Below are positions 23,893-33,688 of a stretch of 46,417 nt of DNA, piece after piece. This stretch comes from an uncultured Gammaproteobacteria bacterium (GTDB lineage Bacteria; Patescibacteriota; Microgenomatia; Daviesbacterales; UBA10151), in the NCBI GenBank assembly GCA_964504985.1, contig CAZDFU010000005.1:1-46417 (forward strand), given 5' to 3'. A model generated the notes under the pieces. That model was not told where the DNA came from, did no database searches, and worked only from the letters and a program-made list of their open reading frames with translations. Both the position numbers and the translations under genes were made by a program. Each line of letters begins with the position of its first letter. The stretch's first letter is position 1.

Positions 23893-25540
23893 ATATTATT
23901 GGATTTGGGTAATTGCTTTACTAATTCCAGCCAGTTGGGCTTTGTTTATCCCAGGTTACTTTGGAGCTTCTGATGATATACATATAGCATGGCTATTTGA
24001 ATTTCATAAAACCATATTTGCAGGAAAGTTTCCACCCAGGTTTGTGCCTGATCTGAGCTTTGGTTTTGGTTACCCTCTTTTTAACTTTGTATTTCCTCTG
24101 CCATTTTATATCGCTGAAATTTTTCACCTTTTAGGATTAAGCCTGGTTGATAGCATTAAGGCTCTATTTTTTATTACCATCCCTTTATCTTTTTTGTTTA
24201 TGTATCTTTTGCTTAGGCAATTTAGCTCAAAGATTATAAGTTTAACAGGGGCTGTTTTATATATTTACACACCTTACAGAGCAGTAGATTTGTATATCCG
24301 GGGAGCAATAGGGGAGATAGTAAGTTTTATGTTTTTACCGTTAATTTTACTTTCAATTGTGAAACTTAAGAGTCCAGGTATAAAGTGGGTAGGCATAGGG
24401 GCTATTGCCATGGCTTCCCTAGTGTTGTCGCACAATATAACTTCTTATATGTTTTTGCCCTTTGCCGGTTTGTTCTTTTTGCTTCAATTTTTTTTCACTA
24501 AAGAAAAAAGAGCATATTTTAGTAAATCAATTTTGATGGTTTTTTTGGGTTTACTTTTAAGCATATATTTTTGGCTGCCAGCTGTGATGGAGAGTGGACT
24601 AATGAAGTACGACACTGTTTTTAATTTTGTTGATCATTATCCTACTATTTTGCAGCTTGTCACTCCTTATTGGGGATATGGAGGGTCTGTGGCTGGTCCA
24701 GGAGATGGGATGTCCTTCTTTTTAGGCATAACCAATTTATTGTTACTATCTATAGGTTTGGTATTGGCCATAATTTATTGGGCTAAGATTAACAAAGAGA
24801 TAAAGATGCTTATAGTATGGGTTTTGGTCTGCTTAGGCTCTGCTTTTTTCCTAATGAATTACCGTTCTATATTCTTATGGGATAATCTGCCTCTTCTACC
24901 CTATTTCCAATTTCCATGGAGATTTTTGATATTAACAACTTTTTCTATACCTCTTTTGGTTGTACTTATTGAGAATCTCAGGTACAAGGAAATTATTGCC
25001 ATAGGTATTATTTTTCTTACCCTGGTAACCAGTTACAGTTTTTTTTGGCCCCAGGATTTTCTTGGGAGAGAAGATAATTATTATTTAAACCGTTATATCC
25101 CTGTACCTTTAGCGAGTAAAGAGTATTTGGAAACACAAGAGGAGTACTTGAGATTGCCTCGAAATACCCAAATCCGGCCCGATAAAAATTATCCTTTAGT
25201 CTCAATTAAAAATGGAGAGATAGAAAGGGTGGACAGGTTAAATGATTTAGATGCTTTTTTTAAAATACGCTCAGAAGCCGGGGCTACCCTCAATTACAAT
25301 AAATATTTCTTTCCAGGCTGGGTTGCTAAAATAGATGGCAGGCGCATTGAAATAAAACCAGGGGAACCATTTGGGCAAATCACTGTGGATGTACCTTCAG
25401 GTAATCATACGATTAAAATAGCGTTTGAAGAGACAAATTTTAAGAAATTCTTAAATGCTATCTCTTTGGGCAGTTTTTTAGTATCATTATGGATGTGCTT
25501 TACAAGAAAACCATTACCCAAAATTTTCACTTTTTCATAG
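23864..25540 (+). CDS. GT-C membrane protein, PTPS-related/YfhO-like family, tandem copy 3
   Basis: SDDIH, RFVPDLSFGFGYPLF, YIRGAIGE, SHN, QFPWRFL, EYL, YFFPGW. Likely start ATG 23864. Confidence 0.75.
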   Translation: MENLKNILVKYYWIWVIALLIPASWALFIPGYFGASDDIHIAWLFEFHKTIFAGKFPPRFVPDLSFGFGYPLFNFVFPLPFYIAEIFHLLGLSLVDSIKALFFITIPLSFLFMYLLLRQFSSKIISLTGAVLYIYTPYRAVDLYIRGAIGEIVSFMFLPLILLSIVKLKSPGIKWVGIGAIAMASLVLSHNITSYMFLPFAGLFFLLQFFFTKEKRAYFSKSILMVFLGLLLSIYFWLPAVMESGLMKYDTVFNFVDHYPTILQLVTPYWGYGGSVAGPGDGMSFFLGITNLLLLSIGLVLAIIYWAKINKEIKMLIVWVLVCLGSAFFLMNYRSIFLWDNLPLLPYFQFPWRFLILTTFSIPLLVVLIENLRYKEIIAIGIIFLTLVTSYSFFWPQDFLGREDNYYLNRYIPVPLASKEYLETQEEYLRLPRNTQIRPDKNYPLVSIKNGEIERVDRLNDLDAFFKIRSEAGATLNYNKYFFPGWVAKIDGRRIEIKPGEPFGQITVDVPSGNHTIKIAFEETNFKKFLNAISLGSFLVSLWMCFTRKPLPKIFTFS

Positions 25541-26652
25541 GTTTAATATTACTTCTAGGCCTTTTTTGGATATTTTTGTCAATGCCGTCTTTTGTTGAAC
25601 AAAATGCTTCAATTTTAAGGCTTAGGGAAATGAATGAATGCTTTAAAGACGGACAAATCCCCTGCCGTTGGGTACCAGATTTGCAAGAAATGTATGGTTA
25701 CCCTCTTTTTAATTTCCACGCTCCCCTTCCCTATTACTTTGGAGAATTATTTTTTCTTTTAACAGGCAATATTATACTGTCAGTAAAAATAATCTATGTT
25801 ATTTCTATAATAGGATCGTATATTTTTGTGTATTTGTTGACATCTAAACTTTGGGGCAAATTAGGCGGAAGATTATCTGCCTTCCTTTATAGTTTTATTG
25901 TTTTTGCTTTAAGTTTTTACCTTAAAAAAGGAATAGTAGGAATGTGGACATTAATGCTTCTGGCAGCAACCTTTTATTTTGTAAATAGATTAAAGGAGAG
26001 GATTAATCTGAAAAATCTTCTCCTTTTTGCAGTATTTGCAGCATTTCTTCTGACCTCTTATGATTTTTCCATCTCAGTTTTTTTACCTGTAGTTTTAATA
26101 TTTATAGCACTCTTATTTTTAAGAGACATGCAGATTAAATTTTTGTGGTTTAGTTTGATGGGGTTATTGCTGGGGTTTTTGCTTTCATCTTTTTATCTTT
26201 GGCCAATGATTTTTGAAAGGAACTTAATTTCTGGAAATTACTTGCCTATTTATGCAAAAGAGGTTCCTTTTAAGAGGGGTGAGGGGTATGAGATATTAAC
26301 CGGAGACAGTAAAATTACAGACTTTAATCAGGGCTCAAATTGGGTAAGTTTTAAAACAGAGACAAACAGTTACACAGTAATCCGCCTGCATAAATACTAT
26401 TTCCCTGAGTGGAGAATATTTGTTGACGGGAAAGAGACTAAGGTGGAATATAAAGATAACAGCATGGGACTCATGACTCTAATCTTGGGGAAGGGAAACC
26501 ATACAATTTATTCGAAACTTTACGATACTCCTATCCGGTTACTTTCTAATTTAATGACTTTGCTCGGCATTGGTATTAGCGTAATTTTATTTTTGATCTC
26601 TTTTACCAGAGTACGTAAATGGCTTTTATACTATAAAAAGGGAATAAGCTAG
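25489..26652 (+). CDS. Degenerate PTPS-related/YfhO-like GT-C paralog, tandem copy 4 (internal deletion)
   Basis: Keeps CRWVPDL...YGYPLF and the C-terminal YYFPEW domain; lacks DD, YxRGAxxE, HN and QFPWRFL; 387 aa versus about 560-580. Confidence 0.7.
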   Translation: MDVLYKKTITQNFHFFIGLILLLGLFWIFLSMPSFVEQNASILRLREMNECFKDGQIPCRWVPDLQEMYGYPLFNFHAPLPYYFGELFFLLTGNIILSVKIIYVISIIGSYIFVYLLTSKLWGKLGGRLSAFLYSFIVFALSFYLKKGIVGMWTLMLLAATFYFVNRLKERINLKNLLLFAVFAAFLLTSYDFSISVFLPVVLIFIALLFLRDMQIKFLWFSLMGLLLGFLLSSFYLWPMIFERNLISGNYLPIYAKEVPFKRGEGYEILTGDSKITDFNQGSNWVSFKTETNSYTVIRLHKYYFPEWRIFVDGKETKVEYKDNSMGLMTLILGKGNHTIYSKLYDTPIRLLSNLMTLLGIGISVILFLISFTRVRKWLLYYKKGIS

Positions 26653-26654
26653 AA

Positions 26655-28142
26655 ATGGAAACTGTTGAGCAAATAGATCCAACTGATTCTTTAACAGTTG
26701 AGGATGTACAGAAAAAAGTTGTGAAGGGTGCAGCAATTCTTACCGGCAGAACAGTTTTAATGCAAATAGTATCTTTTACTTCAACAGCTCTTTTAACTGT
26801 TTTTTTAACACCGGCAAACTTTGGGGTATTTTTCCTTGTCTCAGCAATAAAAAATTTTTTGGGATACTTTGGAGATATAGGTTTTGCAGCTTCTCTAATC
26901 CAGAAGAAAGAAAGTTTAACAAGAGATGAACTAAAGACAGTATTCACTGTACAACAGTTTCTGGTGCTTACTTTAATAATACTGGTTTTTTTACTGACAC
27001 CACTAATTAAAAGCATCTTTGGCTTAGAGGGTGATGCAGTTTATCTTTTATGGGCTGTTTCTTTTTCGCTTTTTCTTTCCTCTTTAAAAACAATACCCAC
27101 AGTATTACTGGAAAGAAGGCTTGATTTTAATAAATGGGTAATCCCTCAAATTATTGAAACTCTAGCCTTTAACCTAACAGCCGTTTTTCTTGCTTACAAG
27201 GGGATGGGTATTACAAGTTTTACTGTAGCAGTTTTACTAAGCGGGGTATTAGGACTTGTTGCAGCCTATATAGTACAACCGTGGCTGCCGGGAATCTCAT
27301 TTTCCATGTCTTCCTTCAAATCAATTATGAAATTTGGAATTCCTTATCAGGTCAATACCCTCCTAGCAATGGTTAAAGATGATGGTATGACTCTTTTTTT
27401 GGGAGGGATATTGGGGACCAGCGGGATAGGTCTTCTAGGTTGGGCTCAAAAATGGGCTTATGCTCCATTAAGGTTTTTTATGGATCAGGTGATTAAGGTG
27501 ACATTCCCTGCGTTTTCAAGGTTGCAGGATAAAAAGGAGGAATTATCCGTCATAGTTTCCAAATCTATTTTTTTTATTACTTTCCTTGTTCTTCCTTCTT
27601 TAGTTTTTTTGAATTTGTCAGCACCAACCCTTGTTGAAATTATCCCAAAGTATAAGAAATGGGAAGGGGCATTGTTTGCTTTGTATTTATTAACAATAAC
27701 CTCTGCTTTAGCAGCTGTAACTACGCCTCTCACAAATGCCCTAAATGCAATTGGGAAAATATCCGTCACATTTAAACTTATGATTATGTGGACAGTTTTA
27801 ACCTGGGTTTTAGTTCCATACCTTGCGTTAAAGTATGGTTTAAATGGCGCAGCCTTAGGATTTAGTTTAGTAGGAACCACCTCTCTTTTAGCGCTCTATA
27901 TTGTGTCAAAATATATTAAAGTAAATTTTTTAAAGAATGTTGGGAAGCCTTTACTTGCGTCGGTATTGATGGCAGGAGTATTAATTTTTGTAAAACTCCA
28001 AATTGACACGTCGCTTTTACAAGTTATTGTTATGGCAATAGCAGGTTTTATTTCATACATATTGTTTATGATGATATTAGAACCGAAGATTTTAAAATTG
28101 GTGAAAAAGCTTTTTACCTTAAAAAAGGATAGGAAAAAATAA
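26655..28142 (+). CDS. wzx: Wzx/PST-family oligosaccharide flippase (WzxC-like)
   Basis: VVKGAAIL...LTPANFGVF...DIGFAASLIQKKE, VTFPAFSRLQD; polytopic, 495 aa. Confidence 0.88.
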   Translation: METVEQIDPTDSLTVEDVQKKVVKGAAILTGRTVLMQIVSFTSTALLTVFLTPANFGVFFLVSAIKNFLGYFGDIGFAASLIQKKESLTRDELKTVFTVQQFLVLTLIILVFLLTPLIKSIFGLEGDAVYLLWAVSFSLFLSSLKTIPTVLLERRLDFNKWVIPQIIETLAFNLTAVFLAYKGMGITSFTVAVLLSGVLGLVAAYIVQPWLPGISFSMSSFKSIMKFGIPYQVNTLLAMVKDDGMTLFLGGILGTSGIGLLGWAQKWAYAPLRFFMDQVIKVTFPAFSRLQDKKEELSVIVSKSIFFITFLVLPSLVFLNLSAPTLVEIIPKYKKWEGALFALYLLTITSALAAVTTPLTNALNAIGKISVTFKLMIMWTVLTWVLVPYLALKYGLNGAALGFSLVGTTSLLALYIVSKYIKVNFLKNVGKPLLASVLMAGVLIFVKLQIDTSLLQVIVMAIAGFISYILFMMILEPKILKLVKKLFTLKKDRKK

Positions 28143-31100
28143 TGAAATTTATTGTAAAAATTATTCTATTGTCTTTTCTTTTATTTTTACCAAAAGAAGT
28201 AATTGCCCAGGATTCTTTTGTATCAATTGTAAACCCGGTAAGGGGTAATGATTTTTGGGAAGACAAATCCCAGAGTGTGTTGACTGCTGTAACAGGACAA
28301 AAGGAAATTATTGATAAATATAAGTTTTCTGCAACTTGGTTGGTTAGATTTGATGCATTATCAGACCAATCCGTTATTTCTGCTATAAATTCTTCCAGTG
28401 ATGAAAAAGGGTTGTTTTTGGAGATAACCCCCTCTTGGGCAAAAGAAGCAGCTGTTAACTACAGAAAATCCAACAGCTGGCATAATGCAGGAAGCGCTTT
28501 TTTAACAGGTTACGAAAGGGATGAACGGTTAAAGCTCATTGATAAGGCTTTTGAGAAATTTAAAGAAACATTCGGGTTCTTCCCCAAATCAGTGGGAGCC
28601 TGGTGGATTGACGTCTTCTCTTTAAAATATATGGAAGAAAAGTACGAAATTACTTCAGCTCTAATAGTTGCAGATCAATATACCACAGATAATTACCAAA
28701 TTTGGGGCCAATATTTTGGTACTCCTTATTACCCGTCAAAAACTAATGCATTACACCCAGCACAAAGTTTGGAAAATAAGATACCATTGGTAATGGTCCA
28801 ATGGGCAATAAGAGACCCGGTTAATTCTTACGGGAAAGGCGTTGAAGAAAGTACCTATTCGCTGCAGGCAAATGACTATATAGATTTTCATAACCTAGAT
28901 ACTAAATATTTTTCTAAACTTATTGACGTATATACTAAACAACCTTTAAATAAGTTTTCCCACCTGGTTGTTGGTTTAGAAAACTCTTATTCCTGGCAGA
29001 AATATTTAAATGAATATGAAAATCAAATCAAGGTGCTTTCTGATAAGAAAAAGTCCGGTCAAATTTCAATCGTGAAAATGGAGGAGTTTGCATCATGGTA
29101 CAAATCTAAATTCCCAAATCTTTCACCGGAACAAATAATAATTGCAGATGATCCTTTAGGTTCTTACAAAAAAGTAGTTTGGTTTATGAATCCATACTTT
29201 AGGGCAGGGTGGTTTTTAAACAGGGATGGCAGTTTATTTAGGGATATCCGGCAATACATAGAAGGATCAGAAGAGCTATGTTTCAAAGAAAGATGTGATA
29301 GCGTAAATTTTGCTACCTCTGCAACAAGGGTGTTGGACGAAGTGAGCTTTGGACACAAATGGATAATAGACCAGGGAAAAATAACTGACTTTAATGTTAT
29401 CAGAAAAGGTCAAAAGTATGCCATTACTTATAAAAATGAAGCAGGGAAATTAAGAACAATAGAGTTTTTACCAAGAGATATAGGGATTGACGGGAAAGTC
29501 TCATCTATTGATGGTGCTATTTTAGATGCCACAGCTAAAGAAGTAGAGCAAAAAAAGATTAGCTTGCAAATTAAAAAGGGTGCTTTTGAATGGTCTTTTG
29601 CCAATGTTTTCCTGAAGACAGTTTTATTTACCCTTTTTTTAGTGACCGCTTGTATTATTCCTGGATTCCTACTTATTAATAAGGTATTTAAAAATGAAAA
29701 AGTAGTTTCCCCTGGTAAAAAATCAATTTATCAAATTATCTTCCTATCAACAGTTTTAGGTTTGGTTGAATTAACTCTTGTTTTTTATATGCTAAGCCTT
29801 TTAAAAATGAGGTTTTTAATTTACCCTTATCTATTGATAAATATCTTAATCTTCTCAAAATTATACATTTTATATTTTAAAAAGATTAAGATTCCAAAAA
29901 TTAAAAGTTGGGTAGATTTGCTAAATTTAACAATAATTACTGCGGGAACAGTTTTCCAGGTAATTCCAACTTTTAAAAATGGTTTAGTATACCCTTTTGG
30001 TATGGGTTTTTGGGGACCTAATACCCATGATGGAGTTTGGCATATAAGTTTAATAAATCAGCTAATAAAAGCAGTTCCTCCTGAAAACCCAATATTTTCT
30101 CAAAACACATTAAAAAACTATCATTTCTTCTACGATCTTTTAGTAGCAGCAACAAATTATTTGGTAAAAGTACCGGTAATAGATCTAGTATTTAGGTTTT
30201 ACCCTGTTTTATTTTCTTTGGCTTTAGGTATAGGGAGTTATTATCTTATCCATAACCTATTTGAGGAGAGATTGGGAAGTTTAAAAACTAAAATAGCATC
30301 TTTTTTTAGTTTATATCTTGTTTTTTTTGCAGGTAGTTTTGGTTGGGTAGTCTCAGTAATAAAATACGGAGTCTTTGCAGGAGAATCAGCTTTCTGGGCA
30401 AATCAGTCAATCTCTTTTAATTTAAATCCTCCCTTTGCAATATCTCTAATAATTATTATTGCTTTAATGCAGATTCTATTTACTTTTAACGGCAAAAAGT
30501 TTTCTTTTATTGGTATTAAAGATAACATATTAGCAATTTCTCAAGTTGCAATATTAGCAGGCAGCTTGACCGGATTTAAATCATATGGGGCAGTATTAGT
30601 GCTGGCTTCACTCTTTTTGGTTGGAATAGCTAAAAGAAGGATTGATTATTTATTCACCTTTGCTGGAGCCTTAATTATTACCTCTTTTGTATTTTTTTCA
30701 AATTTTCAGACAAATACTAAATTAATAGTATTTTCACCATTTTGGCTTATACATTCGATGATTGATTCACCTGATAGGGTAGGGTGGTTAAGATTAACTT
30801 TGGCAAGAACAGCGGGAGTGGAAAAGCAAATTTGGTGGAAATTTTTTACAGCAGAGGCGGTAAGCATTGTCATATTTATAGTTGGTAACCTTGGATTAAG
30901 AGTATTCAGCTTACTAACTCTTCTAAGAAGTAAATTAATAATTAGAAATATTAACTATCTTTTTCTATTTATTTTTTCCGTTCTTTCTATTGTTATCCCA
31001 ATACTCTTTATTCAATCAGGAAATCCCTGGAATACTATACAATTTATTTATTACAGCCTTTATGTAACAGCAGTAATTTCAGGTATAGTCTTTTCCTCTA

Positions 31101-31651
31101 TAATTTCTAATCTCCCTAAATTTTTGGCAGTAATTATTATTTTCCTCTTCTTAATACTAGCTCCTATTAATTCATTTGTGACAGCAAGCTACTACACAAA
31201 TTATCTCCCCCATGCCTGGGTTGATAAAAAAGAGTTGGAAGCATTAGAGTTTCTTTCAAAGCAGCCAGATGGCGTTGTTTTAACCTATCCGTATGACGAT
31301 AAACTTAAAAAGAGGATTGAAGAACCTTGGCCCCTTTTTGTATATGATAGTACTGCTTATGTATCTGCCTTATCAGATAAGGTTGTCTTTGTGGAGGATG
31401 AAGGACAAAACCAAATTCTTTTAACAGATTATAAAAAAAGAATTGTTGCTACAAAAGACTTCTTTAGTGATGCTGGTTCTAATTTATCTGATGAGCAGGG
31501 AATAGAGAGTGCTAAAAACTTCTTAAAGAAAAATAACATAAAATATATATATCTTATTAATGAATTTTCAAGGAGTATTGATGAAGACAGGTTGAAACTT
31601 GAGAAAATTTTCCAAAATCAGGAAATCACGGTTTATGAAACCAAAATTTAG
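28142..31651 (+). CDS. Fusion of a secreted glycoside hydrolase/deacetylase-like barrel domain and a GT-C-like polytopic domain
   Basis: Signal peptide (..KEVIA/QD). The soluble approx. 480-aa region has ATWLV and ERLKLID..FEKFKETFGFFPKSVG. The membrane half is homologous to the next gene (HDGVWH, YHF, FRFYP). Confidence 0.65.
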   Translation: MKFIVKIILLSFLLFLPKEVIAQDSFVSIVNPVRGNDFWEDKSQSVLTAVTGQKEIIDKYKFSATWLVRFDALSDQSVISAINSSSDEKGLFLEITPSWAKEAAVNYRKSNSWHNAGSAFLTGYERDERLKLIDKAFEKFKETFGFFPKSVGAWWIDVFSLKYMEEKYEITSALIVADQYTTDNYQIWGQYFGTPYYPSKTNALHPAQSLENKIPLVMVQWAIRDPVNSYGKGVEESTYSLQANDYIDFHNLDTKYFSKLIDVYTKQPLNKFSHLVVGLENSYSWQKYLNEYENQIKVLSDKKKSGQISIVKMEEFASWYKSKFPNLSPEQIIIADDPLGSYKKVVWFMNPYFRAGWFLNRDGSLFRDIRQYIEGSEELCFKERCDSVNFATSATRVLDEVSFGHKWIIDQGKITDFNVIRKGQKYAITYKNEAGKLRTIEFLPRDIGIDGKVSSIDGAILDATAKEVEQKKISLQIKKGAFEWSFANVFLKTVLFTLFLVTACIIPGFLLINKVFKNEKVVSPGKKSIYQIIFLSTVLGLVELTLVFYMLSLLKMRFLIYPYLLINILIFSKLYILYFKKIKIPKIKSWVDLLNLTIITAGTVFQVIPTFKNGLVYPFGMGFWGPNTHDGVWHISLINQLIKAVPPENPIFSQNTLKNYHFFYDLLVAATNYLVKVPVIDLVFRFYPVLFSLALGIGSYYLIHNLFEERLGSLKTKIASFFSLYLVFFAGSFGWVVSVIKYGVFAGESAFWANQSISFNLNPPFAISLIIIIALMQILFTFNGKKFSFIGIKDNILAISQVAILAGSLTGFKSYGAVLVLASLFLVGIAKRRIDYLFTFAGALIITSFVFFSNFQTNTKLIVFSPFWLIHSMIDSPDRVGWLRLTLARTAGVEKQIWWKFFTAEAVSIVIFIVGNLGLRVFSLLTLLRSKLIIRNINYLFLFIFSVLSIVIPILFIQSGNPWNTIQFIYYSLYVTAVISGIVFSSIISNLPKFLAVIIIFLFLILAPINSFVTASYYTNYLPHAWVDKKELEALEFLSKQPDGVVLTYPYDDKLKKRIEEPWPLFVYDSTAYVSALSDKVVFVEDEGQNQILLTDYKKRIVATKDFFSDAGSNLSDEQGIESAKNFLKKNNIKYIYLINEFSRSIDEDRLKLEKIFQNQEITVYETKI

Positions 31652-31654
31652 AAT

Positions 31655-33688
31655 ATGTTAATTTTTCAAACTTTAATATTAGGATTAATCTTTATAATTT
31701 TGTTTTTCCTGTTGTTTTTCCCGGCAGGTTATTGGCTTATACAAAAAATAGACAAAACACTGGAAGACCAAGAATCAATAGCACTATCGTTGTGTTTAAG
31801 CGTTGTATTATTTGTAATTTCAGCAATTGTATTTGGGATATTAAACTTAAGATTTTTAGTTTTACCTATATTGTTAATCCTAAACACAGGAGCAATTTTT
31901 ATCTACAAAGAAAAGATATTTAAGAGCTGGAAGATTTTTTTACATGATAAAATCCTTTTGGGAATATTGATTTTGGGAATTATTTTTCAGGGGTTTATAA
32001 ATTTTCCAAGCGGTTTTCAGTATAATGATGGTTTGTATTTTTGGAGTTCGCAGGGGCATGATGGACTTTGGCATGTTGCTTCTATGGAGGCCATAAAACA
32101 GTCCATCCCTCCTCAAAACCCCGGTTTTTCAAATGAGGTGATTTATAACTACCACTATTTGGCTGATGTTTTAATGGGGGAGTTTGCCCGTATTTTTCCA
32201 TTTTTTTCGTCACTCGATCTTTACTTTAGGTTTTTCCCGGTTATTTTCTCATTTCTTATCGGAATTAGTATATTTGCCTTTATTACCAGATGGCAGAGCA
32301 ATAAAGATCATTCTGTAAATAAAAAAATAGGTTATCTTGGTTTATTTTTTAGCTATTTTGTTGGTAGTTTTGGCTATATAGTAAGTTACCTGCATGGGGG
32401 AAGTATATTTGCAGGAGAGACGACATTTTGGGCAGCCCAACAAAATACTATAATAGGTAATCCACCGCATGCTGTTTCCCATTTTTTACTCCCGGCTTTT
32501 TTTCTTTCTTTTTTAATATATATTCAAAAGAGGAATTTTAGGTGGGCTATTATATCTTTCATTATTGGGTCAATGCTGGCTGGATTTAAAGTTTCAGGTG
32601 GTTTTGTAATGTTAATGGGACTGGGTGCTGCAGCCCTTGTTGATTTAATCATTAACCGCAAATTTATTACTTTAATTCTATTTTTAGCTTTAGGATTATC
32701 AAACTTCCTAACCTTTAGGGCGATGACTTCTTCTCAGGCAGCCTCTTTTTTGATGTTCCTTCCCTGGTGGTTTGTTAGAACTATGGTTGTTGTTAAACTT
32801 GATTGGATTGATTTGGAACTGAGGAGACAGTTTTACCTGTCATTGGGAACCTGGAATGCAAAGTTGAGAGTACTTCAATTTGAAACGACTGCCCTTGCTA
32901 TTTTTATAGTTGGAAATTTAGGAATGAGGATTTTAGGTCTTTTAGAAATTATAAGGAAAATAATTACAAGCCGGGGAAAAATCTTTATCCAACCCTTTGA
33001 GATTATGATTTTAGTAAGTATGCTAACTGGTCTTATTGTACCTTTGTTTTTTGTCCAAAAAGGGCTTATATATAACAATATCCAGTTCATGCAGTATTTT
33101 ATGCTGATATTTGGTTTCTATGGTGCGATCTCAACATACCGGCTGCTAAGTATTATAAAAATTAATCTGGTAAAGCTTTTTATATTTATTGTTATTGCAA
33201 TCTTCTCTCTGCCCACAGTAATTGGAAATTTAGTTGAATTTTATGGTCCAAATACAAGCCCGCTTGCAAAGATAACAAATAGCGAATTAGACGCCTTAAG
33301 TTATCTAAAAAATAACTCTAAGACAGAAGATGTTATATTAAACATGCCTTTTAATAAAGATCTTCAAAGTAAATTTACTCAACCTAGACCAATTTATGCA
33401 TGGTACGATACATCATATATATCAGCCTTAACTGGCAGGGTTTCCTATCTTTCCTCTGAACATGTTACTCTTTTATTCTACCCTGCAACAGATCAAAGAA
33501 TAGAAAATAAAAAGAAATTTTTTGAACAATCTGATTTTTCCTGGAACAAAGAATTTCTACAAAAAGAAAAAATTGGCTTCATCTATATTGCAAAATCTGA
33601 ATTTGATAAACCATTGGATGTAGAGAAAAATAGGATCAATGTTTTTTTTGAAAATAATGATGTAATAATATATAAGGTGAGGAAATGA
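31655..33688 (+). CDS. GT-C-like polytopic membrane glycosyltransferase (HDGxWH subfamily)
   Basis: GHDGLWH, PPQNP, YHY, YFRFFP, NPP, GFKVSGG, FIVGNLGMR, NNIQF; paralog of the 1169-aa C-terminal half. Confidence 0.65.
   Translation: MLIFQTLILGLIFIILFFLLFFPAGYWLIQKIDKTLEDQESIALSLCLSVVLFVISAIVFGILNLRFLVLPILLILNTGAIFIYKEKIFKSWKIFLHDKILLGILILGIIFQGFINFPSGFQYNDGLYFWSSQGHDGLWHVASMEAIKQSIPPQNPGFSNEVIYNYHYLADVLMGEFARIFPFFSSLDLYFRFFPVIFSFLIGISIFAFITRWQSNKDHSVNKKIGYLGLFFSYFVGSFGYIVSYLHGGSIFAGETTFWAAQQNTIIGNPPHAVSHFLLPAFFLSFLIYIQKRNFRWAIISFIIGSMLAGFKVSGGFVMLMGLGAAALVDLIINRKFITLILFLALGLSNFLTFRAMTSSQAASFLMFLPWWFVRTMVVVKLDWIDLELRRQFYLSLGTWNAKLRVLQFETTALAIFIVGNLGMRILGLLEIIRKIITSRGKIFIQPFEIMILVSMLTGLIVPLFFVQKGLIYNNIQFMQYFMLIFGFYGAISTYRLLSIIKINLVKLFIFIVIAIFSLPTVIGNLVEFYGPNTSPLAKITNSELDALSYLKNNSKTEDVILNMPFNKDLQSKFTQPRPIYAWYDTSYISALTGRVSYLSSEHVTLLFYPATDQRIENKKKFFEQSDFSWNKEFLQKEKIGFIYIAKSEFDKPLDVEKNRINVFFENNDVIIYKVRK

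Noticed and set aside
20505-25540. Pterin (6-pyruvoyl-tetrahydropterin synthase) biosynthesis function
   Set aside because: The family label is historical; these are polytopic membrane proteins with GT-C-like motifs and no T-fold PTPS signature.
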